DNA of 64,000 nt. Origin: Nitrospirota bacterium (GTDB lineage: Bacteria; Nitrospirota; Thermodesulfovibrionia; Thermodesulfovibrionales; SM23-35). The DNA is taken from NCBI GenBank assembly GCA_040754395.1, contig JBFMCL010000006.1, forward strand, positions 35,197 through 99,196, read 5' to 3'. This document shows, one piece after another, positions 54,126 through 63,749 of this stretch. The notes under the pieces were generated by a model. That model was not told where the DNA came from, did no database searches, and saw only the letters and a program-made list of their open reading frames with translations. Every line of letters starts with the position of its first letter. Positions within the stretch are counted from its first letter, which is position 1. The position numbers and the translations under genes were made by a program.

Positions 54126-54141
54126 TGTGATCTGTATCACA
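54126..54141 (+). promoter_or_regulatory. Perfect CRP/FNR-superfamily-type palindrome TGTGA-N6-TCACA upstream of rpoD
   Basis: TGTGATCTGTATCACA, 51 nt before the rpoD ATG. TATATT and TATAGT -10-like hexamers lie downstream. Confidence 0.45.
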
Positions 54142-54191
54142 TCATTTTTTATATTGTTATAGTAATTTGTACATAAAAGAGGTTATATGTG

Positions 54192-55511
54192 ATGAAAGAC
54201 GCTGACGTGTTAGATGCGATAATGAAGCATGACGGAACGCATGAATTCCTGTATCAGGACATGCACAGAGATATTCTGTCGACCGATGATTTTTCCGATC
54301 ATACATCCGAAGACGTGGAGGATCTTCCTGCAGATCAGCATGATGATGTTTCTTCATATGCCGAACAGGCAGAGAATGATGGCACGGAAGATCTTCAAGA
54401 TTCCGGAAACAACGGAGACATGGTGCAGGCGTATTTCCGCTCAATGGGAAAGGTCATGGTACTTACAAGAAAGGAAGAATCTGAACTGGCAAAAACCATA
54501 TATGAAGGGGAAAGAACAATTAAAAGAGCGATAATCAAGCTTCCTCTCTACAAAAAGCTTGAAGCGAGTCATTACAGCAAGAAATCAGGAGAGGATACAC
54601 AGCATTCTGATGCAGATAAAAGGGATGAAATACTGAAAACCTGTCTGGCAATGCTTGATAATTTTATGTCTTCGGCAAGCCGCGCAGAATCACGGAACAG
54701 AAAAAATGACGCTTCACGGGATGCAGAAATGTCCATTAATGAAATGAAAAGCATTTACAGGAAGATTACCATGGCAAGGAAGGCAGTCCTTGAGTCCAAG
54801 AATGAGCTTATCACGCGAAACCTCAGACTGGTAATCAGTATTGCAAAACACTATCTGGGAAGAGGACTCTGTTTTCTCGATTTGATACAGGAGGGAAACA
54901 TCGGGCTTATCAGGGCAGTTGAAAAGTTTGATTACAGAAGAGGTGTCAAGTTCAGTACCTATGCGACCTTATGGATAAAGCAGTTCATCACGCGTGCAAT
55001 CATGGACCAGGCGAAAACCATTAGGGTTCCGACAAATATCATGGAACAGTATAATGGAATCATAAAAGCTGCCAGGGAGCTGTCGTTGCTGTTCGGAAGG
55101 GAGCCTTTGACCGAAGAAATCGCAGATAAGGTAGGCATTGATCCCTGCAAGGTTGAAAAGGTGTTGAAGTCGGTTCAGGATACAGTGTCACTTCATACGG
55201 TTATTGGAGATGATGACAAAACACTCGAAGAATTTGTGCGTGATGAAAAGGGGATGTCACCATACGATGCGCTCGAATCCCATGTGATTACCGAAAAAAC
55301 ACTCCAGACACTCAGGACGCTTAACCCCAAAGAGGAAAAAGTGATACGAATGAGATACGGCATCGGACTTGACAGAGATTACACTCTTGAAGAAATAGGA
55401 AGATATTTTGCTGTTACCAGGGAAAGAGTGAGGCAGATAGAGAATACAGCCATAAAAAAACTCCGGCACCCGAACAGACAAAAAATGCTGCGGTCATTGA
55501 CGACTGCGTAA
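54192..55511 (+). CDS. rpoD: RNA polymerase sigma factor, sigma-70 family group 1/2
   Basis: Acidic N-terminal region. Region 2 RNLRLVISIAKHYLGRGLCFLDLIQEGNIGLIRAVEKFDYRRGVKFSTYATLWIKQ. Region 4 LEEIGRYFAVTRERVRQIE. GTG at 54189 is an alternative start. Confidence 0.85.
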   Translation: MKDADVLDAIMKHDGTHEFLYQDMHRDILSTDDFSDHTSEDVEDLPADQHDDVSSYAEQAENDGTEDLQDSGNNGDMVQAYFRSMGKVMVLTRKEESELAKTIYEGERTIKRAIIKLPLYKKLEASHYSKKSGEDTQHSDADKRDEILKTCLAMLDNFMSSASRAESRNRKNDASRDAEMSINEMKSIYRKITMARKAVLESKNELITRNLRLVISIAKHYLGRGLCFLDLIQEGNIGLIRAVEKFDYRRGVKFSTYATLWIKQFITRAIMDQAKTIRVPTNIMEQYNGIIKAARELSLLFGREPLTEEIADKVGIDPCKVEKVLKSVQDTVSLHTVIGDDDKTLEEFVRDEKGMSPYDALESHVITEKTLQTLRTLNPKEEKVIRMRYGIGLDRDYTLEEIGRYFAVTRERVRQIENTAIKKLRHPNRQKMLRSLTTA

Positions 55512-55690
55512 TTCTCTCTCTCCGGTAAAGATAATGCGTTGCACATATGAATATCAGTATATATGACCGCATTTCATTTCTTCCCTGAGCTCACCAGAAA
55601 ACCATTTCCCGCAAGGGCTGTTTCAGAAGGATAATCAGACAGAAAAAACCTCTTATGGACTTAAGACCGCAAGGAGGTTTATAATTTTTT

Positions 55691-55999
55691 ATGAATATTT
55701 TTAGAATACTGTTCGGGCTTATCTTCAGCATATTCCCATTGATAATACTTGCCAGGTTCTACCGCGGGAGGTTCCTCTTTATCACGAATCCTTACATGAA
55801 AGGCGGTCTGATGGGGTTTCTGCTCTGGCTGTTTATCGCGCTTTTGTTCTATATTGATGCGGTCTACGGCATATTAGGAATGCTTGAGGGTGAACAGGGA
55901 CATGCGTTTTTTTCGCTGTTCATGTCATCAGTTCATGGTTTCATAACCGGAGGGGTAATCATCGGTGCGTTTCATAAAAAACTTGGATGGAAGAGATGA
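55691..55999 (+). CDS. Small integral membrane protein (3 TM), unknown function
   Basis: 102 aa with three hydrophobic helices. GGAGG upstream. Confidence 0.5.
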   Translation: MNIFRILFGLIFSIFPLIILARFYRGRFLFITNPYMKGGLMGFLLWLFIALLFYIDAVYGILGMLEGEQGHAFFSLFMSSVHGFITGGVIIGAFHKKLGWKR

Positions 56000-56038
56000 T
56001 AGGAAAAGATTTTACATGAATCCGGAACAGATCATTGC

Positions 56039-56608
56039 ATGACAGAGAAAAAAACTATAAGGAATGCAGTCATCAGAAAAAGGGACAATATCTCGCTTGA
56101 TGAACGGAAGAGAAAAAACGATGAGATAAAAAATTATCTGCTTTCAATCGAGGAATTTTCTTCATCGGATACAGTATGTCTGTATGCTGCATTCAGATCA
56201 GAAGTCGCAACGTCAGAACTCCTGAAGGCATCGATGGCAGACGGCAAAAAAGTTTTGTTGCCAAAGGTAGACAGGGACGGACATACGCTGAAGTTGTACG
56301 AAATAAGGGATATGAAGGAATTGCAGGCAGGATTCATGGGAATACCGGAACCTTCTCCTTCAGATAACAGGCTCGCATCGATTGATGAAGTCGATGTTGT
56401 TGTCATACCGGGAGCAGCATTCGACTATTCCGGAAACAGGCTTGGATACGGGGAAGGATACTATGATATCCTTTTGTCCGGGAAAAAAGGAAAGGTAACG
56501 ATAATAGCCCTTGCATATGAAGAACAGATCGTTGATGCACTACCCGCAGAGGACCATGACGTGAAAGTGGACATTATCGTGACTGACAAAAGGGTCATAA
56601 GGATATGA
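56039..56608 (+). CDS. 5-formyltetrahydrofolate cyclo-ligase
   Basis: IRNAVIRKR...VCLYAAFRSEV...LLPKV...VVIPGAAFDYSGNRLGYGEGYYD (MTHFS signature). Confidence 0.85.
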   Translation: MTEKKTIRNAVIRKRDNISLDERKRKNDEIKNYLLSIEEFSSSDTVCLYAAFRSEVATSELLKASMADGKKVLLPKVDRDGHTLKLYEIRDMKELQAGFMGIPEPSPSDNRLASIDEVDVVVIPGAAFDYSGNRLGYGEGYYDILLSGKKGKVTIIALAYEEQIVDALPAEDHDVKVDIIVTDKRVIRI

Positions 56609-56635
56609 GCAATAGCACATGACGACGATAGACAC

Positions 56636-56932
56636 ATGATATCTGATTTCCTTGAGACCGCAATTACTGCGGCCAGGAGGGCAGGTTCCGCTGCGCTGGA
56701 TCTTGCCTATCTTGCATCAGGGAGATGTGACGGGTTTTTCGAGATAGGTCTCAGCCCGTGGGACATTGCTGCAGGAGAGTTGATGGTAAAAGAGGCTGGT
56801 GGAGTGATTACGGATTTCGGAGGTGGCAGTGAATATCTGAAAACAGGAAATGTTGTTGCGGGAGTACATGAAATACACGGATTTCTCCTGAATGAGATTC
56901 AATCAGTATTCATGGGGGTTATCGACAAATAA
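56636..56932 (+). pseudogene. Inositol monophosphatase (SuhB/IMPase) family remnant lacking the catalytic core
   Basis: 98 aa. The N-terminal helix [13 protein letters not shown] joins directly to the family's C-terminal block [46 protein letters not shown]. The roughly 170 aa that carry the DPIDGT metal site are absent. Confidence 0.7.
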
Positions 56933-56966
56933 TATGCAAAACTGTACAAAGATGAGGGTTTCTTTT

Positions 56967-56996
56967 TTGACATGCAACAATAACAAATGCTAAAAT
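56967..56996 (+). promoter_or_regulatory. Sigma-70-type promoter candidate for folE-folD
   Basis: TTGACA (56967-72), 18-nt spacer, TGcTAAAAT (extended -10, hexamer 56991-96). 34 nt before the folE ATG. Confidence 0.5.
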
Positions 56997-57029
56997 TCAC
57001 AAAAATTACCCGAGGTTTTCTGGAGAAAT

Positions 57030-57593
57030 ATGGATCTGAAAAAAATAGAAAAAGGCGTGCGACTTATTCTCGAAGGCGTCGGTGAGGATGCTGAACGCCC
57101 CGGCTTAAAGGATACCCCTGAGAGAGTCGCAAGGATGTACCAGGAGATATTGGCCGGACTTGAAACCCCAACCGAAGAGCTGCTAAAAACGATCGAGGGT
57201 GAAAGTCATGATGAGATGGTTCTGCTGAAAGACATCCCTTTTTACTCTATCTGTGAACATCATCTGCTTCCTTTCATAGGAAAAGTACATGTGGCCTACA
57301 TTCCCTCGGGAGGCAAGATAGTCGGACTCAGCGAGCTTGTAAAATCAGTTGAGGTACTGGCAAAAAGACTTCAGGTACAGGAGAGGATGACAACCCAGCT
57401 TGCTGATCTGATAATGCATAAACTGAAACCAAAGGGAGCAATGGTGATTATCGATGCGGAACACCTGTGTATAAGCATGAGAGGGGTAAGAAGGCCGGGT
57501 TCCAGAACAGTTACTTCTGCTGTGAGGGGGATCTTCCGTTCTAAACAGTCCACAAGAGATGAGTTACTGGAACTTATCAAGAAAAGAGATTAG
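57030..57593 (+). CDS. folE: GTP cyclohydrolase I
   Basis: [13 protein letters not shown]...[19 protein letters not shown]...[14 protein letters not shown]. Confidence 0.92.
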   Translation: MDLKKIEKGVRLILEGVGEDAERPGLKDTPERVARMYQEILAGLETPTEELLKTIEGESHDEMVLLKDIPFYSICEHHLLPFIGKVHVAYIPSGGKIVGLSELVKSVEVLAKRLQVQERMTTQLADLIMHKLKPKGAMVIIDAEHLCISMRGVRRPGSRTVTSAVRGIFRSKQSTRDELLELIKKRD

Positions 57594-57629
57594 TGCCAAT
57601 TCCTGTATTTAAAGAAAGGAGTGAGATAT

Positions 57630-58499
57630 ATGTCAGCACTTATTATCAAAGGTTCAGAGATCGCAAAGAAAATTAAAGAAGAACTTAAAGTTGAAATATC
57701 TAATATGATGAATAATAATATTATTCCAGGTCTTGCTACTATCCTCGTGGGACAAGATGAAGCCTCAAAAGTGTATGTTGGCGCGAAGGAAAAAACCTGC
57801 AAGGAGCTTGGGATTAAATCTGAGAGGATAGATATTCCTGAGGATACAACAGAGGAAAATCTCCTGTCCATCATTGCCAGACTGAACAAAGACCCGGAAA
57901 TCCATGGGATTCTTGTGCAGCTTCCATTGCCCAAACATATCAATGAGACCAAAATACTCTATGCCATTGACCCGGGAAAAGATGTTGATGCTTTTCATCC
58001 TGTAAATGTGGGGAAACTGATGCTTGGTGTCCCGGATTTTCTTCCATGCACCCCGAACGGAATCCAGCAGCTTTTAGTTCGTTCAGGTATCGAGACAGAT
58101 GGCGCAGAGGTGGTGGTTGTGGGGAGGAGCAACATTGTCGGCAAACCGATTGCTAATATGCTGATCCAGAAAAACAGGAAGGGTGCGAACGCTACTGTTA
58201 CCATATGCCATACAGGCACAAAGGATATCGCATCACATACACGAAGAGCGGATATTTTGATTGTGGCATCGGGAAAACCGAAGACGGTGACTGCCGATAT
58301 GGTGAAAGAAGGGGTTGTGGTGATAGATGTGGGAGTGAACAGGTTAGAAACAGGGTTGGTGGGCGATGTTGATTACGAGCCTGTCAAGGAGAAAGCCAGG
58401 GCGATAACCCCGGTGCCTGGCGGTGTCGGACCAATGACTATTGCTATGCTCATGGTGAATACCGTGAAATCTGCAAAGATTCATGCTGGAATTCAATAG
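57630..58499 (+). CDS. folD: Bifunctional methylene-THF dehydrogenase / methenyl-THF cyclohydrolase
   Basis: GLATILVGQDEASKVYV..KEK...GILVQLPLP...VVVGRSNIVGKP...TPVPGGVGPMT. ATG at 57630 after AAGGAG. Confidence 0.92.
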   Translation: MSALIIKGSEIAKKIKEELKVEISNMMNNNIIPGLATILVGQDEASKVYVGAKEKTCKELGIKSERIDIPEDTTEENLLSIIARLNKDPEIHGILVQLPLPKHINETKILYAIDPGKDVDAFHPVNVGKLMLGVPDFLPCTPNGIQQLLVRSGIETDGAEVVVVGRSNIVGKPIANMLIQKNRKGANATVTICHTGTKDIASHTRRADILIVASGKPKTVTADMVKEGVVVIDVGVNRLETGLVGDVDYEPVKEKARAITPVPGGVGPMTIAMLMVNTVKSAKIHAGIQ

Positions 58500-58593
58500 G
58501 GAGGGCAAAAAGGCAAGGGCATTCTTTTCCCTGAAAGACATTTTATAATAAAGTATATGCTATTTTAAAATATATTTAGTGAAGGCGGAGGTT

Positions 58594-60615
58594 ATGTCCA
58601 CTTACAGTGTTCCACCTTGTCAGGCAGCATGCCCGATACATACCAATGTGCGGGGGTATGTGGCTGCCATAGCAAAAGGGGATCAGGAAGAGGCATACAG
58701 AATCATCCGTCAGGTCAACCCATTTCCCTCTTCCTGTGGCAGGATCTGCACAAGACCATGCGAATCCCGTTGCAGGCGTGCGCAAGTCGATAACCCGGTA
58801 TCCATCAGGGCTCTCAAAAGGTTTGCCGCAGATACCGCAAAAAAATTCAGGGAAAGCGGACATCCGGCAATAAAATATACTGAAACGATAGCTATCATAG
58901 GAAGCGGACCGGCCGGGCTGACCGCAGCACATGACCTTGCACGACTCGGGTATAAAGTCACTGTTTATGAAGAGCAAAAGAAACTCGGGGGAATGCTGCG
59001 CGAGGGAATCCCCGATTACCGGCTTCCAAAGGACCTGGTGCAGGATGAGGTTGAAGCAATCCTGTCGCTCGGTGTTGAAGCAAAAACCGGCCTGTCTCTT
59101 GGCAAAGACATCAGTCTTGATTCACTTCTGAACGAGTATCAGGCAGTTTTTATTGCAGTTGGAAGCCAGAAAAGTCTAATGCCCCAGTTCAAGGGAGTTG
59201 AACTGAAAGGGGTAATTGCAGCAGTGGAATTTCTCAAGCAGGTGAGCAAAGGAATGAAACCTCATCTGGGAGATAAGGTCGTCATTATAGGTGGAGGTCA
59301 TACGGCGGTGGATGCCGCAAGGACATCTGTACGTCTTGGCGCAACGGATGTGACCATTGTGTACAGAAGAACTGTTGATGAAATGCCGGCGGGACGTGAA
59401 GAAGCAGAAGCTGCGGAAAAGGAAGGAATAAAAATACTCTATCTTGCAGCCCCCGTTGAGTTCACAGGTGAGGAAAACGTCCGGACCGTGAAATGTATCA
59501 GGATGAAGCTTGGCGAGAAGGATGCCTCCGGCAGAAACAGACCTGTTCCGGTAGAGAACTCTGAATTTGCAATAGAGGCTGATACGGTTATCCTTGCCAT
59601 AGGCTATACTCCTGATCCCGCTGTTCTAAGGGAAAGTGGTCTGGAACTCAATAGAAAAGGCACGGTACTTGTAAAGGATTCCAGGGGAATGACCAATATT
59701 GGGGGGGTATTTGCTGCAGGTGATGTTGTGAGCGGCCCTTTGAGTGTTATCGATGCGATTGCTTCGGGAAGAAGGGTTGCCGAAACAATCCATCGCTTTT
59801 TCCGGAATCTTGAAGACAAGGAACCTGATAAATATATTCCTTTAGTGGATATTGAGAAAAAGGTTCTTGCGCGTATCCGGATGGCTGAGCGGCAGAAGAT
59901 GCCGGTTCTCGAGCGTGAAAAATGTCTTCGCAGTTTTGATGAAGTTGATCTGGGTTTTACCCCGGAACAGGCAGCCATGGAAGCACAGCGCTGTCTTAAC
60001 TGCGGCGCAGGTGCACAGGTATCTGATACCTGCGCATCCTGTCTTAACTGTGTCCGTATTTGTCCGTTTGAAATACCTTTGCCGGGAAGAGAGAGCGCAG
60101 AGATTGATCTCAGCCAGTGTCAGGCGTGCGGAATCTGTGCTTCAGAATGCCCTGCATCAGCCATTCATTTGGGAGTTGAGTCAAAGCATGCCTGGCGTAC
60201 GGAAGCTGATAAGGTGATAGAACGTGCGCGTGAAGAAACACCAGAGATACTGATTATTGGAATATATTGCAGATACGGATCACCGATAGGTCCGCCCTTT
60301 GAAGGAGAAAACGTTTATTGGATCGGAACGTTCTGCACCGGGAGGGTGAATGAAACACAATTCCTTTATCTGTTCGAAGCGGGAGCTGAAGGGGTTGCTG
60401 TTCATGGATGCGGAGATGAAGCATGCCACTTCATCAATGGAGGAAACTGGGCGAAAAGACACCTGGCCAGTGCCGGCAGAATTCTGCATGATACCGGCAT
60501 TGGCGCGGAACGTTTATGCAGTATCTCTGACGAAGAGGAGTTTTTTCTTTTCAGAGAAAAAATAGAGGATCTTGGTATAAATCCTGTCAGGAAAGGGAAG
60601 AAGGTGGGAGTATGA
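58594..60615 (+). CDS. GltD/NfnB-like NAD(P)H-FAD oxidoreductase fused to 2x[4Fe-4S] ferredoxin and an MvhD-like domain
   Basis: N-terminal Fe-S region CQAACPIH...SCGRICTRPCESRC. Two Rossmann motifs (IAIIGSGPAGLTAA, VVIIGGGHTAVDAA). CLNCGAG...CASCLNCVRICP and CQACGICASECP clusters. C-terminal ILIIGIYCRYG...FCTGRV...VAVHGCGDEACHF (MvhD/FlpD-like). Confidence 0.8.
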   Translation: MSTYSVPPCQAACPIHTNVRGYVAAIAKGDQEEAYRIIRQVNPFPSSCGRICTRPCESRCRRAQVDNPVSIRALKRFAADTAKKFRESGHPAIKYTETIAIIGSGPAGLTAAHDLARLGYKVTVYEEQKKLGGMLREGIPDYRLPKDLVQDEVEAILSLGVEAKTGLSLGKDISLDSLLNEYQAVFIAVGSQKSLMPQFKGVELKGVIAAVEFLKQVSKGMKPHLGDKVVIIGGGHTAVDAARTSVRLGATDVTIVYRRTVDEMPAGREEAEAAEKEGIKILYLAAPVEFTGEENVRTVKCIRMKLGEKDASGRNRPVPVENSEFAIEADTVILAIGYTPDPAVLRESGLELNRKGTVLVKDSRGMTNIGGVFAAGDVVSGPLSVIDAIASGRRVAETIHRFFRNLEDKEPDKYIPLVDIEKKVLARIRMAERQKMPVLEREKCLRSFDEVDLGFTPEQAAMEAQRCLNCGAGAQVSDTCASCLNCVRICPFEIPLPGRESAEIDLSQCQACGICASECPASAIHLGVESKHAWRTEADKVIERAREETPEILIIGIYCRYGSPIGPPFEGENVYWIGTFCTGRVNETQFLYLFEAGAEGVAVHGCGDEACHFINGGNWAKRHLASAGRILHDTGIGAERLCSISDEEEFFLFREKIEDLGINPVRKGKKVGV

Positions 60616-61283
60616 TTGTTGCCGAGATGAAGTCTTTTCATGAAATAAAGGAAATGCTTGAAGAGTATAAGAAAATCCTCGTCTTGGGATGCGGTTCGTG
60701 CGTCACAGTATGCATGAGCGGAGGACAGAAGCAGGCTGAACTTCTTGCAACTGCCCTCAGGATGGCTTCAAAAGCAGAAGGCAGCGGACGTGCTATCAGT
60801 GAACTTACTATCCTCAGGCAGTGTGATCCGGAATTTGTGGAACAGATTCGGGATGAAGCAGCCAAATACGAGGTGATCATCTCTATGGCGTGCGGTGCAG
60901 GTGTTCAGGGGATGTCAGAATGGCTTGAGAAGATCCCTGTTGTGCCTGCTATGAATACCAGGTTTATCGGGATGACAGATGGCAAAGGCACATGGCTTGA
61001 AGTATGTGCTGCGTGCGGTGATTGCGTGCTTTCCATGACGGGCGGAATATGTCCTGTTGCTTCCTGCCCTAAGGGAATACTGAACGGGCCTTGCGGAGGA
61101 AACAAAAAGGGCAAATGCGAGGTTAGCCCTGACGTCCCCTGTGCATGGGTAAGGATCTATGAAAGGATGAAAAAGCTGGGTAAGCTTGATGTCCTAAAGC
61201 AGGAGTCGGGGGCAAAGGACTGGTCCAAGGCACAGACCCCGGGGAGTTACAGAATAAAAGAAGAACAAGGATTTAGCGAATAG
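60612..61283 (+). CDS. metV: MetV (methylene-THF reductase C-terminal-domain-like zinc/Fe-S protein)
   Basis: ILVLGCGSCVTVC...ISMACGAGVQ...CAACGDCVL..TGGICPVASCPKGILNGPCGG. 4-nt overlap with the upstream gene. Confidence 0.8.
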   Translation: MIVAEMKSFHEIKEMLEEYKKILVLGCGSCVTVCMSGGQKQAELLATALRMASKAEGSGRAISELTILRQCDPEFVEQIRDEAAKYEVIISMACGAGVQGMSEWLEKIPVVPAMNTRFIGMTDGKGTWLEVCAACGDCVLSMTGGICPVASCPKGILNGPCGGNKKGKCEVSPDVPCAWVRIYERMKKLGKLDVLKQESGAKDWSKAQTPGSYRIKEEQGFSE

Positions 61284-61531
61284 TGCTGGTTAGCAACAGC
61301 AGTGATATTCTTCTTGACGATGAATGAGTAAGTTGCTTTTGTCCCCGCTCAGAAAGCAATTCCGCAATTGAAACACTTTCCCCGTCATAGACTGTGCAAA
61401 AAAGTGAAATCTCTCTTCCGAACAACGATGAGATACTGTTACAATAACGGCTACGCAAACGCATCTTGTGGCAATGAAAAACAGCGCATCGAATCAATAA
61501 CACAAAGAAATCAGAAAGGGCTGAATATATC

Positions 61532-62833
61532 ATGAAAGTGATCGTTGTTGACAGCGGGGGGAGAGGACATGCAATTGCCTGGCAGTTCAAGAATGATCCG
61601 AATGTTCAAGAGGTAATTTGCACGCCAGGGAATGCGGGAATCGCCCTTGATGTAAGATGTGAACAGGCAAGGACGAATGAGGAGATTCTGGAACTTGCAA
61701 AGAAGGAAAAGGCTGATCTTGTCTTTGTCGGCCCGGAAAGCCCTCTTACGAATGGTATTGTTGATCTTTTTTCTGAAGCGAAGATACCCATAGTCGGTCC
61801 GCAGAGGAGAGCGGCAATTCTTGAGGGAAGCAAGGCCTATACAAAGCTGCTTTGCAGGGACCTGGGCGTTCCGGTAGCAGAATTTGAGGTGTTTGATGAT
61901 CCCGGAAATGCAAAAAACTATGTTGCTTCTGTGAAATATCCAGTTGTTGTGAAGGCTGATGGGCTTGCACAGGGCAAGGGGTCGATTGTCTGTTCTGATG
62001 CGGAAGAAGCCTTCCGAGCAATCGACCAGTTGATGGTAGAAAAGGTTTTTGGTGAAGCGGGACAGACTGTGGTAATCGAAAAAAGACTGTATGGCACGGA
62101 GATTTCATTTTTTGTGTTTACCGACGGGGAAAATATTGCACCCATGCCTGTTGCACAGGACTATAAAAGGGCTTTTGACAATGATGAGGGGTTGAACACA
62201 GGGGGAATGGGTGCATATTCTCCGCACAGTCTTGAAGGGGAAGACCTGACCAAAATGATCTGTGATAAGGTTGCAAATCCCCTTATTAGGGGGTTCAGGG
62301 AAAAAGAAGGCGTTCCTTACAGAGGGATATTCTACTGCGGGCTGATGCTTGTTGACGGAATTCCGAATCTCCTTGAGGTGAATGTGCGATTTGGTGACCC
62401 TGAGGCCGAGGTGATTCTTCCCCGCTTAAAAACTCCTCTGAGCGATATCAGCCTGCAGATAATCAGCGGTGTGCTGAGCGACAAAAAAGTCGAGTGGTCC
62501 CGGGAATATTACTGCGGTGTTGTCGCTGCGCAGGGAAGAACGAAACAGGTCAGGCACGGGAAGAGCAAAGGCTGGTATCCGGGATATCCTTCGCGGTATG
62601 GCAAAGGATATCCTGTGTCCGGATTGGAGAAGATACAGGATCCCGACTGCAAGATTTTTTTTGCAGGCGTGAATTATCATGAAACAAAAGGGATGATTAC
62701 GGACGGAGGAAGGGTTCTCCACGTTGTGGGAAGGGGGGACACCCTTCAGGATGCGAGAGATGTTGCCTACAGGAATATCAGCAAAATATCGTTTGATGGT
62801 ATTCGTTACAGAACCGATATAGGCAGGGAATAA
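61532..62833 (+). CDS. purD: Phosphoribosylamine--glycine ligase
   Basis: MKVIVVDSGGRGHAIAWQ...VVKADGLAQGKG...GGMGAYSP...EVNVRFGDPE. Confidence 0.92.
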   Translation: MKVIVVDSGGRGHAIAWQFKNDPNVQEVICTPGNAGIALDVRCEQARTNEEILELAKKEKADLVFVGPESPLTNGIVDLFSEAKIPIVGPQRRAAILEGSKAYTKLLCRDLGVPVAEFEVFDDPGNAKNYVASVKYPVVVKADGLAQGKGSIVCSDAEEAFRAIDQLMVEKVFGEAGQTVVIEKRLYGTEISFFVFTDGENIAPMPVAQDYKRAFDNDEGLNTGGMGAYSPHSLEGEDLTKMICDKVANPLIRGFREKEGVPYRGIFYCGLMLVDGIPNLLEVNVRFGDPEAEVILPRLKTPLSDISLQIISGVLSDKKVEWSREYYCGVVAAQGRTKQVRHGKSKGWYPGYPSRYGKGYPVSGLEKIQDPDCKIFFAGVNYHETKGMITDGGRVLHVVGRGDTLQDARDVAYRNISKISFDGIRYRTDIGRE

Positions 62834-62846
62834 CAAGGAGGGTGCT

Positions 62847-63728
62847 ATGACGTTTCGTGAGGCAGTCAAGTCAGGGGAATTTGTTGTCACAGCCGAAATC
62901 GGGCCTCCCAAGGGAACTGATATAACGGAAATGATGCATCATATCGAACTTCTGAGCGGAAAGGTGCATGCGGCGAACATAACTGACAACCAGTCTGCTG
63001 TGATGAGAATATGCTCCCTTGGCGTATGCAGAATATGCCTTGAGAATGGGCTCGAGCCTGTTCTTCAGATGACATGCAGAGACCGAAACAGGATAGGTCT
63101 GCAATCTGATTTGCTGGGAGCATATGTGCTCGGCATCAGAAATGTTCTCTGCATGACAGGAGATCACGTGGCAGCTGGCGACCACAAGGCTGCAAAGCCT
63201 GTGTATGATGTCGAATCTGTGCAACTCCTCAGAATAGTCGATTCCCTGAACGCAGGGAAAGATATGGCGGGAAATGTACTGAAAGGAGGAACAGATTTCT
63301 TTCAGGGGGCAGTAGTGACACCGGAGACGGATTTTCTTGAACCTCAGCTCATGAAATTCGAGAAAAAAGTAAAAGCCGGTGCGCAATTCTTCCAGACACA
63401 GGCCATTTACGATATGGAGAAATTCAGAGATTTCATGCAATATGCACGGGGGTTTCCAGTTAAGATACTGGCCGGTATTGTTCTTCTGAAATCGGTCGGC
63501 ATGGCAAATTTTATGAATAAAAATGTTCCTGGTATCAGGGTTCCGCAGGAACTTATTGATGAACTGAAGGCAGCCGGAAAGGAAAATGCTCTCGAAACAG
63601 GACTAAACATTGCTGCACGTCATATCAGGAAACTCAGAGAAGAAGCTATATGTGACGGCGTCCATATCATGGCCATAGGAATGGAAGACAAGGTGCCAGC
63701 TATCATGGAAAAGGCAGGTTTGCTATAA
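62847..63728 (+). CDS. metF: Methylenetetrahydrofolate reductase (MetF, small acetogen/anaerobe type)
   Basis: FVVTAEIGPPKG...ANITDNQSAVMR...LQMTCRDRNR...NVLCMTGDH...FFQTQAIYD. Confidence 0.85.
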   Translation: MTFREAVKSGEFVVTAEIGPPKGTDITEMMHHIELLSGKVHAANITDNQSAVMRICSLGVCRICLENGLEPVLQMTCRDRNRIGLQSDLLGAYVLGIRNVLCMTGDHVAAGDHKAAKPVYDVESVQLLRIVDSLNAGKDMAGNVLKGGTDFFQGAVVTPETDFLEPQLMKFEKKVKAGAQFFQTQAIYDMEKFRDFMQYARGFPVKILAGIVLLKSVGMANFMNKNVPGIRVPQELIDELKAAGKENALETGLNIAARHIRKLREEAICDGVHIMAIGMEDKVPAIMEKAGLL

Positions 63729-63749
63729 TAATACCAGGCATATAACCGT

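Noticed and set aside
61284-61531. Purine/ZTP/THF riboswitch in the 248-nt gap before purD (and likewise before folE at 56933..57029).
   Set aside because: No match by eye to the conserved cores (e.g. the ZTP GGGUCGUGAC...CCGCCUGGGCA). The minus-strand ORF 61273..61590 there also looks spurious. An Infernal scan is needed to be definitive.
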